Shown: one piece after another, positions 40,060-49,297 of the stretch
Position numbering within the stretch: the stretch's first letter is position 1
Layout of the letters: the number at the start of each line of letters is the position of its first letter
From: Patescibacteria group bacterium
GTDB taxonomy: Bacteria; Patescibacteriota; Microgenomatia; UBA1400; PJMF01
Assembly: GCA_049322655.1 (NCBI GenBank)
Contig: JBMORP010000006.1
Span: forward strand, 384,410 to 448,409
DNA length: 64,000 nt
Direction of reading: 5' to 3'
Made by a program: the position numbers and the translations under genes
Notes under the pieces: generated by a model
Databases searched by the model: none
Told to the model about the DNA's origin: nothing
The model's input: the letters and a program-made list of their open reading frames with translations, nothing else

Positions 40060-40494
40060 TCAAGCTAATAATTCTTTAACTAATCTGGCCACCAGCCCAC
40101 CATCGGCTTTGCCGGCTACTTTTTTCATGACCATACCTGTCACAGGACCTGGTTTGGCATCGTCACCAGCGCTAGCTACCACTTCTGCCACCACTTTTCT
40201 GACTTCTTCTTCAGACATTTGCGCTGGTAAAAACTTTTCTAAAACCTTGAGCTTTTGTTGGGCCTCAACCACCAAATCTTCTCTGCCACCAGCTTTATAA
40301 TCATTAATGGCATCTTTCCATTGCTTGATCATTCTGGCGACAATTTTTTGTACTCCAGCATCATCCTGTTCACCATTGTCGATCTCAAAGTTTTTAATTT
40401 CTGAGCGTAATAATCTAATCGTCCCCAAGGTTTCGGCATCTTTGGCTCTCATTGCCTCTTTCATCTGTTGCATTAAATCATCTTTTAAAGACAT
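40060..40494 (-). CDS. GatB/YqeY domain protein
   Basis: LKDDLMQQMKEAMRAKDAETLGTIRLLRSEIKN matches the YqeY family. Confidence 0.75.
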   Translation of the reverse strand: MSLKDDLMQQMKEAMRAKDAETLGTIRLLRSEIKNFEIDNGEQDDAGVQKIVARMIKQWKDAINDYKAGGREDLVVEAQQKLKVLEKFLPAQMSEEEVRKVVAEVVASAGDDAKPGPVTGMVMKKVAGKADGGLVARLVKELLA

Positions 40495-40607
40495 ACGTCC
40501 TTTCTAAATATTGTTAGTCGATTAACAACCATTATACCCTGACAAACTTAACTTTTAGGAGTCAGCGATTCACTTTGGTCAGTTGTGCTTTATAATACTG
40601 GGCATCA

Positions 40608-40681
40608 GGCCAATTAGCTCAGTTGGTTAGAGCGCACGATTCACATTCGTGAGGTCACTGGTTCGAGTCCAGTATTGGCCA
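40608..40681 (+). tRNA. tRNA-Val (anticodon CAC)
   Basis: I folded the cloverleaf by hand. Acceptor stem GGCCAAT/ATTGGCC. D-arm GCTC-AGTTGGTTA-GAGC. Anticodon stem CACGA/TCGTG with loop TTCACAT (U33, anticodon CAC, A37). T-arm ACTGG-TTCGAGT-CCAGT. Discriminator A. No encoded CCA. Confidence 0.85.
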
Positions 40682-41361
40682 CAATTAAGTCACAAATTTT
40701 TTTTATTATTAACTTTGTGCCCTTGCTACCAAACCTCTTCAAACTGCTTTTTCCTCAGGCTTGTGTGATTTGCCAAAAAGAGAACTCTTTATTTTGTCCA
40801 GCCTGTCAAAACCAAATTGATTTTCTTTATTTTTCTCCTCAGCTAGAATCTCTTACCTATTATCAAACTAATCTTCAAGCCGTAGGATTTTATGTTGATC
40901 CACTAGCCAGTGTAATTAAAAAATATAAATATCAGGGCATTTATGAGTTAGCTCCAACTCTAGCTCAGTTACTCTACAAGCATCTTAAGTTTTCTGCTCA
41001 ACTTGACTACATCACTTATATCCCTTTGCATCCTAAAAAACAAAGACTCAGAGGCTTTAATCAGACCGAACTAATTGCCAAAGAATTAAGTTTATTAATT
41101 AATAAACCAGTCATTAATTTGTTTCATAGAAAATTTCACACTCAAAGTTTAGCTTCAACCAAAAATCAACAAGTTAGAGCAGAAGTTACCCAAAATGTTT
41201 TTAAGTTACAATATCAAGATTTGTCTTTTCTAAAAAGTAAACAACTATTAATTATCGATGACGTGGTCACCAGTGGGAATACTTTTGCTAGTTGTTTAAA
41301 ACTTTTAGAACCTTTGAAAATCAATAAAATTCAACTGATGACTTTAGCTCATGAGGGGTGA
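40675..41361 (+). CDS. comFC: ComF family protein (ComFC-type, zinc ribbon plus phosphoribosyltransferase fold)
   Basis: CVICQKENSLFCPACQ is a double Cys pair. The C-terminal PRTase motif LLIIDDVVTSGNT is present. The ATG at 40675 overlaps the last 7 nt of tRNA-Val, so the real start may be GTG 40717 or TTG 40723. Confidence 0.7.
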   Translation: MATIKSQIFFIINFVPLLPNLFKLLFPQACVICQKENSLFCPACQNQIDFLYFSPQLESLTYYQTNLQAVGFYVDPLASVIKKYKYQGIYELAPTLAQLLYKHLKFSAQLDYITYIPLHPKKQRLRGFNQTELIAKELSLLINKPVINLFHRKFHTQSLASTKNQQVRAEVTQNVFKLQYQDLSFLKSKQLLIIDDVVTSGNTFASCLKLLEPLKINKIQLMTLAHEG

Positions 41362-42129
41362 ATCAGTCAGTTTAAATGTTTGAATTGATAAAAATCCTTG
41401 AGCAAAAAGACCATAAGCGTCTGGTTTCTGTCTAACCTCTTGCCGAAGCAAATTATGAATCATCTCGGCTGTAGGAATTTTTTGAACAATAAATTGATAA
41501 AGTAAATAATAACCATCAGAATCATTAATTAAAAATGGTTCGGTGTCATTTTCCAAATACAACCTAAACTCCAACCTTTTATCTATACCAATGCCTAACA
41601 TGTCTAGCCCTGGATTCATGTTTTCAGAAAAATTAGTCACAACTTCAGTCATCGTCAAAGCTGGATAATCTGCTTCAATTCTGATATCGCCCATAGTGAT
41701 CCCTTGCTTATCGGCCACCCCAAACACCACATCCCAACTAGCTAAAAAAGGTTGGTTGTATCTTGAAAAAATCTCCTGGTGAACTTTTCTCAAATCTTGA
41801 ATTTCTCCATTCCTGCTGGGTTTCAAAAAATGTTGACCATTGGCTGCGAAAGCAACATCAGAAGCATAAAAAGCCAAATTTTTTTCTTGTTTTTCTGGTT
41901 TTAAATGTTCCAAAACTCTTCTGAGTTTGAATAAAACTGCTTCAAAAGGATTCTCACTAGCCGGTTCTGGCTGAAACTCAACTTGATCAGATGGTTTTTC
42001 CGGATCAATAAAATCAATTCTTTCTTCAGATAAACCAAGTAACGCCATAGCCAAAGGTGCTAGTTCCTTGTGGCTAGTAGCAAAAATTAAAGCTTCATAT
42101 TCTTGGGGGAAGATTTGTGGTTCAGACAT
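41344..42129 (-). CDS. Hypothetical protein (261 aa)
   Basis: Long uninterrupted ORF with no motif I recognise. It is divergent from ssrA. Confidence 0.45.
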   Translation of the reverse strand: MSEPQIFPQEYEALIFATSHKELAPLAMALLGLSEERIDFIDPEKPSDQVEFQPEPASENPFEAVLFKLRRVLEHLKPEKQEKNLAFYASDVAFAANGQHFLKPSRNGEIQDLRKVHQEIFSRYNQPFLASWDVVFGVADKQGITMGDIRIEADYPALTMTEVVTNFSENMNPGLDMLGIGIDKRLEFRLYLENDTEPFLINDSDGYYLLYQFIVQKIPTAEMIHNLLRQEVRQKPDAYGLFAQGFLSIQTFKLTDSPLMS

Positions 42130-42366
42130 TGCTTTTTTTAAATCACTGTGTATCTTTCGTACCAGCGACTTTTTCTAAAGAAAAAGATCGGGTCCGAAAT
42201 AAAAAAGAGCACCCCTTCGCTTTCGGCTCAGCTTGGTGTCCATCCTGGCCTTTCCACCAGGAATCGTTACTTGGGAGCGAAAGCACTTGTGCCCTCGCAA
42301 TTTCTGTTATAAAAAGAATTATACCACATTATTATTTTTTTAGCAAATAATTATAGGATATTGCTC

Positions 42367-42395
42367 TTGAGTTTTTCTGACAAAAAAGATATAAT
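42367..42395 (+). promoter_or_regulatory. Putative ssrA promoter (-35 TTGAGT, 17-nt spacer, -10 TATAAT)
   Basis: TTGAGT at 42367..42372 and TATAAT at 42390..42395. The tmRNA 5-prime GGGG lies 11 nt downstream. Confidence 0.5.
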
Positions 42396-42406
42396 CTGGT
42401 CTTCAC

Positions 42407-42817
42407 GGGGATGTAAAGCATCGACGTAACCGCTCTTTACCAATTGCAGACCATCTTTGACCAAGAAAGATGTAAAACAGGGTCAAAAACACAACTGCCA
42501 ATTCATTGCGCAGCAAAGTTGCTAATTTCGTAAATGAAGCCGTTACCGGTTTCAAATCCGCTTTTGCAACTCCAGCTCAGCTTTACGCTTAACTGGTATT
42601 CACAAGAGGGCTCTCATTGACGGAACCTTGTGGGTAACAACCTAGTCGATGTGCAGAAAGATATAATTACACGCTATTTTTCGAAGCAATTTGTGTAGAT
42701 TTCTTAAGGAAGGTCTGAAAGTTCACCTCTTAGGAAATATCAAAGACTTTCTAAGTCTGTAGAAGTTGGCAAAACGTGAGTTCACGGACGGGGGTTCATT
42801 GCCCCCCATCTCCACCA
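42407..42817 (+). ncRNA. ssrA: Transfer-messenger RNA (tmRNA, SsrA), one-piece
   Basis: The 5-prime end GGGGATGTAAAGCATCGACG pairs with the 3-prime CATCTCC-ACCA to give a 7-bp acceptor stem. The 3-prime region GGACGGGGGTTCATTGCCCCCCATCTCCACCA is the canonical tRNA-like T-arm plus CCA. Length is about 411 nt. A candidate tag reading frame ends at TAA 42590..42592 with ...ATPAQLYA. The resume codon is uncertain. Confidence 0.85.
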
Positions 42818-42824
42818 AAAAATC

Positions 42825-43082
42825 ATGCTTAAACCTTGGTTCGTTTATATTGTTCGCTGTGCTGATAACACTCTCTATACTGGCATTTCCGATAACCTAG
42901 CAACCAGAATTAATAAACACAATGCGGGTAAAGGTGCCAAATATACCAAAGGCAGAAGTCCTGTAACCTTAATTTACCAAGAAAAATGCGCTGATAGATC
43001 TACTGCTAGCCAAAGGGAAGCCGCCATCAAAAAATTAACCAAATCAGCAAAATTAAAATTACTCTCCAGTTTGGGTACTTAA
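42825..43082 (+). CDS. GIY-YIG nuclease superfamily protein (UPF0213/YhbQ-like, 85 aa)
   Basis: WFVYIVRCADNTLYTGISDNLATRINKHN is the GIY-YIG core (Y-I-V...Y-T-G...R...H/N). It begins 8 nt after the tmRNA CCA. Confidence 0.7.
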   Translation: MLKPWFVYIVRCADNTLYTGISDNLATRINKHNAGKGAKYTKGRSPVTLIYQEKCADRSTASQREAAIKKLTKSAKLKLLSSLGT

Positions 43083-45245
43083 AAACTCCTGGATTTTCTG
43101 TAAATAAACCTCACGTGGTTTGCTGCCTTCTGGTGGTCCCACCATTCCAGCTTCATAAAGCTGGTCTAAAATTCTGGCAGCTCTCGCATAGCCTACTGAT
43201 AAACGCCTCTGAATAAGTGAAGAAGAAGCTTTGTCATATTTGGAAAATAATCTAGCTGCCTCCAAAAACAAATCATCTCGATCTTCACCTGCGGTACCAC
43301 CAGATCCCCCAGAGATAGCCCCTGCTTTGTATTTGGTAGTGATTTCCTCCTTATATTCTGGTTCTTTACCTTGGGAACGCAAGAAATCTGTTAAAGCCTT
43401 GGTTTCATGTTCAGAAATGTAAGTTCCTTGAATACGAACTGGTTTAGCTTTATCTGGAGGTAGATACAACATATCACCTCGACCAAGTAGTTTTTCAGCT
43501 CCTTGTCCATCAAGAATAACTCTCGAATCAGTTTGAGAAGAAACATTAAAAGCAATTCTAGTGGGGATATTAGCTTTAATTAACCCAGTGATCACATCTA
43601 CAGAAGGTCTTTGAGTGGCTAAAACTAAATGAATACCTACAGCCCGAGCCATTTGCGCAATTCTGGTAATACTTTCTTCAACTTCATTGGGAGCAAACAA
43701 CATTACATCAGCTAACTCATCGATCACAATCACTACACTTGGCATCGCAGTTAAACCAGCTAATTCATTGTAAGAATCGATGTTCTTCACTCCGACTTCA
43801 GCCAGTTGCTTATACCGATCCTCCATTAATTTCACTGCCCACTTCAAAGCAGAAACTACCTTACTGGGCTCAACAATTACTGGAGTCAACAGGTGAGGAA
43901 TATCATTATAACCAGTTAACTCTACTCGTTTTGGATCAACCAAAATAAACTTCACTTCATCTGGACTAGATCGAAATAAAATTGAACTCATAAAAGCATT
44001 GATTGCCACAGACTTACCAGAACCGGTTGCACCAGCAATTAAGACGTGAGGCATCTTTGAAATATCAGCCACAATCGGGTTGCCAGCCACATCAATTCCC
44101 AGTGAAACTGCCAACTTCGATTTGTGGTCTTTCATAGTTTTAGAAGCCAGCATTTCTTTCAAAGTAACAAACTCAGCAGAGTGATTGGGTACTTCAATAC
44201 CAACCAAAGATCGGCCAGCAATTGGTGCCTCAACTCTAATTTGACCAGTTGGAGCTGCCAATGCCAAAGCTAAATCTGTGGCTAAACTGGTAATTTTGGA
44301 TAAGCGAGTACCTTCAGTAATTTTTAAAGCATATTGGGTTACAGCTGGACCATAATTAACCTCTGCAACTGAAGCTTTAATACCAAATGATTCTAAGGTA
44401 TTTTCAATCACTTGAGCATTGGCTTTAACATCACCTCGCTGAGCTTTACCACCGGGCTTACTTGAAAGTAAAGCTAAAGGAGGATATTCCCATAGTACTG
44501 GTGTGTTTTTGGGCATCATCGCTGTCTGTTTGAGCAAGTTACGACCTTCAACTGGTTTCTTCTCAGGAATGTCTGGAATCGATGATTTCGTCTTAGGCAG
44601 CTCTTCTTCAACTAACTCAGGCTCTCTAGCATCATTAACCACAAAATTCTTTTTGCCCATTCCAGGAATATGTAGTTTGGGTAAATTGAAACCCTTTTTG
44701 GTATCAGCAGCAAATAGGTTTTTTGCCTCTTGAACAGCTTCTTTATCTGTTTTCTTTTTGGCTAAAAACTTAACTACTTCAGCTACTGACCACCGAGTCA
44801 TCACCAAAAAACCTACCACCCCTATCGCAAAAAATAAAATATAAGTACCAATAGCCGTTAGTAACACAGCAAAGTTGGTAAATAAAGCTTCACCAATCTC
44901 ACCAGTTTTACCTACCCCCAAAGTGGCTAACATTAATAATAAAGTACCCAATAAAACATGGGGCTTAGACCAAGTCCATTTGGCTCTCAGCATAGCTAAA
45001 CCAGCCGAGATAAACACAAAAGGCATAAATAACATGGCTAAACCAAGTTTTTGACTGAAAAAATCATTAACCTTTTGTAACAACTCACCCTGACCAGAAA
45101 AAGAAACCATAATCATTACTCCAATAACCATTAAAATCACTGCCATTACGGAGTTGGTTGTTTCTGGTGGAATCACCACCTTGAGCTGATTTTTTTTACG
45201 TCTTCTTTTTTTAGCCATAATCATCCCATTTGGGGATAATCTCAT
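43059..45245 (-). CDS. ftsK: DNA translocase FtsK/SpoIIIE
   Basis: N-terminal TM segments. VLIAGATGSGKSVAINA is the Walker A. The C-terminal gamma-like winged helix is present (LYEAGMVGPPEGSKPREV). Confidence 0.9.
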   Translation of the reverse strand: MRLSPNGMIMAKKRRRKKNQLKVVIPPETTNSVMAVILMVIGVMIMVSFSGQGELLQKVNDFFSQKLGLAMLFMPFVFISAGLAMLRAKWTWSKPHVLLGTLLLMLATLGVGKTGEIGEALFTNFAVLLTAIGTYILFFAIGVVGFLVMTRWSVAEVVKFLAKKKTDKEAVQEAKNLFAADTKKGFNLPKLHIPGMGKKNFVVNDAREPELVEEELPKTKSSIPDIPEKKPVEGRNLLKQTAMMPKNTPVLWEYPPLALLSSKPGGKAQRGDVKANAQVIENTLESFGIKASVAEVNYGPAVTQYALKITEGTRLSKITSLATDLALALAAPTGQIRVEAPIAGRSLVGIEVPNHSAEFVTLKEMLASKTMKDHKSKLAVSLGIDVAGNPIVADISKMPHVLIAGATGSGKSVAINAFMSSILFRSSPDEVKFILVDPKRVELTGYNDIPHLLTPVIVEPSKVVSALKWAVKLMEDRYKQLAEVGVKNIDSYNELAGLTAMPSVVIVIDELADVMLFAPNEVEESITRIAQMARAVGIHLVLATQRPSVDVITGLIKANIPTRIAFNVSSQTDSRVILDGQGAEKLLGRGDMLYLPPDKAKPVRIQGTYISEHETKALTDFLRSQGKEPEYKEEITTKYKAGAISGGSGGTAGEDRDDLFLEAARLFSKYDKASSSLIQRRLSVGYARAARILDQLYEAGMVGPPEGSKPREVYLQKIQEFLSTQTGE

Positions 45246-45348
45246 TTATAAAAGTTATAGGATATTTCTTGGCTAATGTCAAGTAGTCAAAAAACCACTC
45301 AACCTCAAGGTCTATCGCCAATCCAATATAACATAGCCAGAAGACGGC

Positions 45349-47019
45349 TTACACATCCAAAATTACTGGAATGATCATCGGTTCTCGACGAATTATCTTG
45401 TATAACTTACGAGCTAACCTTCTTTCAATTAACTTGAGTCGATCGTCGTCTTTAGTAATTTTCTTTTGATCAGCTTGTTCCAAAACATTAACTGTTTCTT
45501 GCTTAATAAAATCAATTACTTCACTAGCCTCCTTCATGAATACAAACCCCTTAGAAACTACTTGCATCTTGGCTAAATCCAACCGACCATTAGTTCTGGG
45601 TAAGATTAAAACAATCATTCCTGCTTGAGACAAAGATCTTCGATCTGACAAAACTGTTGGCCCGACATCACCAATTCCCAAACCATCAACAGCTCGAGGT
45701 TTAATTGAAATATGGTCAACTATTTTTACTTCGCCATTACTAATTCCCAAAACTTCTTCATGAGCTGGAATAATCGTAAATTCTTTTTTATAACCCAAAG
45801 CTTGAGAAACATATTCTCTAAACTTGGCTCGATGACGATCCTCCCCCCCAATCGGCATTAGGTACTTGGCATGCAAAAGTTTGGCCACTTCTCTTTGTTC
45901 AGCAGCACTGGCATGACCTGATTTATGTAAGTCTTGATTAACATCTGGGTAAACAACCACAATGCCATTGCTCGCCAATTCGTTAATTGCACGATAATAA
46001 GGAATTTCGTTACCAGGAATAACATTAGCAGAAAAAACTACTTTGTCGTCTGGTAAGATTTGAATTTGGCGATGTTCACCGAACACAGCTCTAATCAGAG
46101 ATGAGCCTTCTTGACCTTGACTACCGGCAATAACCACACAGAGCTCTTTGTCTCTATATTGATCAATATCTCGCTTATCAATCATGGTGTTAGCTGGCAT
46201 CTGTAGTTTATTAAGCTCCATGGCAATCTTGACGTTTTGTTCTACAGATCGACCAATAAAAGCCACTTTTCTATCTTGTCTTTTAGCAGCATCCACTATT
46301 TGCTGAATCCGATGAATATGAGAACTCATCAACGTTACAATATACTTACCTTTAGTATTAATCATTAACTTCTCTAATTCTGGTCCAGTTTCTGCTTCAG
46401 AAGGAGTTCTTTCTAAACTTTCAACTCTTAAACAGTCCAGTAAAGCCAAAGTAATTCCTTTTTCAGCTACTTTTTTCATGGTTGCTAGGTCAGTTTTCAC
46501 TCCATCAATGGGGTGATCATCCAACTTAAAGTCTGAGCCGTGATAAATAATGCCTTCAGGGGTTTCAATCACCAAGTGTTTGGTATCTGGAACTGAGTGA
46601 GTAACTGCCACCGTCATCACTGAAAAATATTGACCAAATTTAACTGGCTCCAAGTCTCTAAATACATTCAAAGGAGCATCGACATTTTCATCTTGAAGTT
46701 TTTTATTAATGAAACCAACTGTTAATTGAGAACCCCAAATCTGAGGTATCTCTGCTAGTTCTGGCAAAATATATGGTAAAGCACCCATATGATCTTCGTG
46801 ACCATGGGAAATAGCAATACCAACTATTTTTTTACCTTTAGCTAACTCTTCATGCAAATAGCTAGTATCTGGAATTAAGGTATCAACACCAGGCATATAT
46901 TCATCTGGAAAACCAATTCCACAATCAACGATTAAGATTTCGTTTTCGTATTCATATAAATACATATTTTGGGTTACTTTTCCTAGGCCACCCAAGGGCA
47001 CAATTCTAAGTTCTGACAT
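45349..47019 (-). CDS. rnj: Ribonuclease J (metallo-beta-lactamase / beta-CASP)
   Basis: ISHGHEDHMGALPY is the HxHxDH motif. 556 aa. Confidence 0.88.
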   Translation of the reverse strand: MSELRIVPLGGLGKVTQNMYLYEYENEILIVDCGIGFPDEYMPGVDTLIPDTSYLHEELAKGKKIVGIAISHGHEDHMGALPYILPELAEIPQIWGSQLTVGFINKKLQDENVDAPLNVFRDLEPVKFGQYFSVMTVAVTHSVPDTKHLVIETPEGIIYHGSDFKLDDHPIDGVKTDLATMKKVAEKGITLALLDCLRVESLERTPSEAETGPELEKLMINTKGKYIVTLMSSHIHRIQQIVDAAKRQDRKVAFIGRSVEQNVKIAMELNKLQMPANTMIDKRDIDQYRDKELCVVIAGSQGQEGSSLIRAVFGEHRQIQILPDDKVVFSANVIPGNEIPYYRAINELASNGIVVVYPDVNQDLHKSGHASAAEQREVAKLLHAKYLMPIGGEDRHRAKFREYVSQALGYKKEFTIIPAHEEVLGISNGEVKIVDHISIKPRAVDGLGIGDVGPTVLSDRRSLSQAGMIVLILPRTNGRLDLAKMQVVSKGFVFMKEASEVIDFIKQETVNVLEQADQKKITKDDDRLKLIERRLARKLYKIIRREPMIIPVILDV

Positions 47020-47037
47020 AATTTTTTCCTTTCAAAG

Positions 47038-47664
47038 CTAAAATAAAATGTCTTTAATATTTCCTTTTAATTTTTCGGTTTTATTTTGTTCAACCAACCA
47101 ACTTAAGATCTTTGGTAACTTTTTAAAATCATAAGTAAATGATTCCATCATTTTAGTAGAACGTAAAGCTGCAGCCGGATGGTACATCGGTAACACAAAA
47201 AGATCTTTACCTTCCCAAACTACTTTATGTAATCGGCCGTGCACTTGAGAAACTTTTACTTCAGGTAAAAACTTGGCCATACTAAATCTACCCAAAGTAA
47301 CAATGATTTCCGGCTGAATAATCTCAATTTCTCGATTAAGAAATGGTCGATAGGCGGCAATTTCCTGTGGAGTGGGGTCACGGTTTTCTGGTGGACGCAC
47401 TTTGACAATATTACTAATAAAAACTTTGGCTGGTGGTAAACCAATTTCTACTAATTTTTTTCTCAATAGTTGACCAGACCTACCCACAAAAGGCCGACGC
47501 TGGAGAGCTTCCTCACGGCCCGGTGCCTCACCGATACACATAATCTTAGCCTGTGGATCGCCTTCACCATGAACCAAATCTTCTTTCTGATGAGCCAGTG
47601 GCAAAGTTTGAAAAGAATTCTCAAGCGTTTGTTGTAATTCCTCAAGCAAAACAGCTTTGTCCAT
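47038..47664 (-). CDS. Uracil-DNA glycosylase, family 4
   Basis: MCIGEAPGREEALQRRPFVGRSGQLL fits the family 4 motif GEAPG..E...G.PFVG.AG.LL. Confidence 0.85.
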   Translation of the reverse strand: MDKAVLLEELQQTLENSFQTLPLAHQKEDLVHGEGDPQAKIMCIGEAPGREEALQRRPFVGRSGQLLRKKLVEIGLPPAKVFISNIVKVRPPENRDPTPQEIAAYRPFLNREIEIIQPEIIVTLGRFSMAKFLPEVKVSQVHGRLHKVVWEGKDLFVLPMYHPAAALRSTKMMESFTYDFKKLPKILSWLVEQNKTEKLKGNIKDILF

Positions 47665-47684
47665 ATAGCTATGTATCTTAACAT

Positions 47685-47714
47685 AAAAGGGAGCCGGTCG
47701 GCTCCCTTTTTTTA
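47685..47714. terminator. Intrinsic terminator ending the 50966-to-47740 operon
   Basis: AAAAGGGAGCC ggtc GGCTCCC TTTTTTT is a perfect 7-bp GC-rich stem. On the minus strand it is followed by CUUUUAUGUU. It sits only about 20 nt upstream of the udg ATG. Confidence 0.6.
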
Positions 47715-47739
47715 GGTTTTCTTTTTTTAAAAAGAGGAT

Positions 47740-48051
47740 TTACTCAGACAAATCTTGAGCAAGCTTAACATTATTATATGTAGTCTTAGCTGCAGTTTCT
47801 ATATAGTTGTCTGCTAAATCAGTTAAATCGTCAGCAGCCTTATCCAAAGTATCTGCCATTTCACCATAGGCATAAGCAGAAACTTTTTCAACATCACCCA
47901 TTTTGGCTAACAACTGATCCACTTTACTAATATCTTCAGCTGACATTTGCTCTGGAATTGATGCTAATTCTTGGACAACTGCTTGATAGGTTTCTTCATC
48001 CAAACCTTGATTCTTAAGCTCTTCTAAAAGTTGTGTTTTTGTTGGTCCCAT
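47740..48051 (-). CDS. Hypothetical acidic helical protein (103 aa)
   Basis: Uninterrupted ORF rich in D, E and A, with no known motif. Confidence 0.45.
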   Translation of the reverse strand: MGPTKTQLLEELKNQGLDEETYQAVVQELASIPEQMSAEDISKVDQLLAKMGDVEKVSAYAYGEMADTLDKAADDLTDLADNYIETAAKTTYNNVKLAQDLSE

Positions 48052-48084
48052 TATATTGTTCTCCTTTTTTGATTAATAATTATT

Positions 48085-48747
48085 TTATTTGGCAAAATTC
48101 TTTAACCAACCTCTGACACCACCAAGAGATTGAGCATTTTGAGCTGCTTGTTGTTGTTTGGCTCTTTTCTCCAAGGCAGCCTGTTTGATTCTGTCCGCTG
48201 CAGTAACAACTTGCTCACCATCACTCTCTTGGCCTTCTTTAACTATTTGATTAGCTGCTTCTAAAAGAGACTTTACTCCTTCTGCGGCGGCCTTAAGAGC
48301 CGCTAATTTTACTTCTTCAACTTTAGCCTCAGCTCTAGCTGGTAAACTATCAATAAAAGCTGACAACTGATCCATTTTTTCTCCAGCCTTATTGGTTACA
48401 TCATAAGCTCCTTGAATCAAGTCAGCTTTAGCATCAGCTATTCCAACTTCAGCCCTAGTTCGAAGAGCATCCGCCCCATCAACAATCTTACCTGGCCAAG
48501 AAGCAACTTCTCCTGCTCCAGATTTGACTGTATCCCAAGCTTTTGCCCCAACTTCCTTAACCTTTTGCCAACGGGCAGCCCAAGTTTCTCTACTTTCCTG
48601 TCTCTTAGCATCTCTTTCAGCTTGACGTTGCTTGCCAGCATCTCTTTTATCAAAAGAAGTTTCTTTAGCCTTTCTTGCACTTTCTGAAGAGTATGTCTTA
48701 AGTACATCCCCCCTTAAAAATGGTTGTTGTTGTGGTTGTTCTCCCAT
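48085..48747 (-). CDS. Hypothetical protein with amphipathic-helix repeats (220 aa, Ala/Lys/Glu-rich)
   Basis: Repeated A-K-A-x-x-x-V-K segments are apolipoprotein-, phasin- or LEA-like. Local GC is higher because of Ala and Gly codons. Confidence 0.45.
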   Translation of the reverse strand: MGEQPQQQPFLRGDVLKTYSSESARKAKETSFDKRDAGKQRQAERDAKRQESRETWAARWQKVKEVGAKAWDTVKSGAGEVASWPGKIVDGADALRTRAEVGIADAKADLIQGAYDVTNKAGEKMDQLSAFIDSLPARAEAKVEEVKLAALKAAAEGVKSLLEAANQIVKEGQESDGEQVVTAADRIKQAALEKRAKQQQAAQNAQSLGGVRGWLKNFAK

Positions 48748-48778
48748 ATTTTCCTTTGCTTTTTTAATTACTTTGCTA

Positions 48779-49255
48779 CTAACTATTTAGTTTTTCTTTA
48801 TACCTATTCAACAAATCTAATGCAAAAGCTATGCCACTGCGATTACTAACTTTATTAAAGGTAGCAGGTGTTTTAACTGGTTTCAATGAGTTCAAAGCTT
48901 CAATATAAAAGTCAACCTGATCATACTTTGTCACTGGCGCCCTATTTTCAAATAAATCTTTTAAGCTAACATTGTTGATAGTTTTTCCCTCATAACTTTT
49001 GTGACTTTTTGAAAAATCACTCAGTAATTCCAATAGCTCATCTGCATCAGCTGTCTCTACTTTTCGATTATCTGCAAAAGAATCCAATAGTACTTCCAAC
49101 TCTACCAAAGGGTTAATATTAGAACTTGCTTGAGTTGTAACTCCAAAATTATGGCTCAATTTTTGGGCCACCTGTTTTTCAACTTCAACATTAATTAATT
49201 CCTTAATTTGCTTGGCAAATTGATCAAAAACTTGTTGAAATAATTGGTCATTCAT
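48779..49255 (-). CDS. Hypothetical protein (158 aa)
   Basis: Uninterrupted ORF in the same operon, with no recognisable domain. Confidence 0.4.
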   Translation of the reverse strand: MNDQLFQQVFDQFAKQIKELINVEVEKQVAQKLSHNFGVTTQASSNINPLVELEVLLDSFADNRKVETADADELLELLSDFSKSHKSYEGKTINNVSLKDLFENRAPVTKYDQVDFYIEALNSLKPVKTPATFNKVSNRSGIAFALDLLNRYKEKLNS

Positions 49256-49297
49256 ATTTATTCATTTTCAATTTATCACCTACTAAATAACTCGCTC

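Noticed and set aside
42117-42350. 77-aa + strand ORF in the ssrA upstream region
   Set aside because: No RBS, odd composition, and it overlaps a region with strong RNA-like hairpins. It also overlaps the start of the divergent 261-aa gene. I treat it as non-coding.
48438-48707. 89-aa ORF overlapping the 220-aa helical protein gene in another frame
   Set aside because: It is fully contained within a better-supported ORF on the same strand. The Ala- and Gly-rich codons create open alternative frames.
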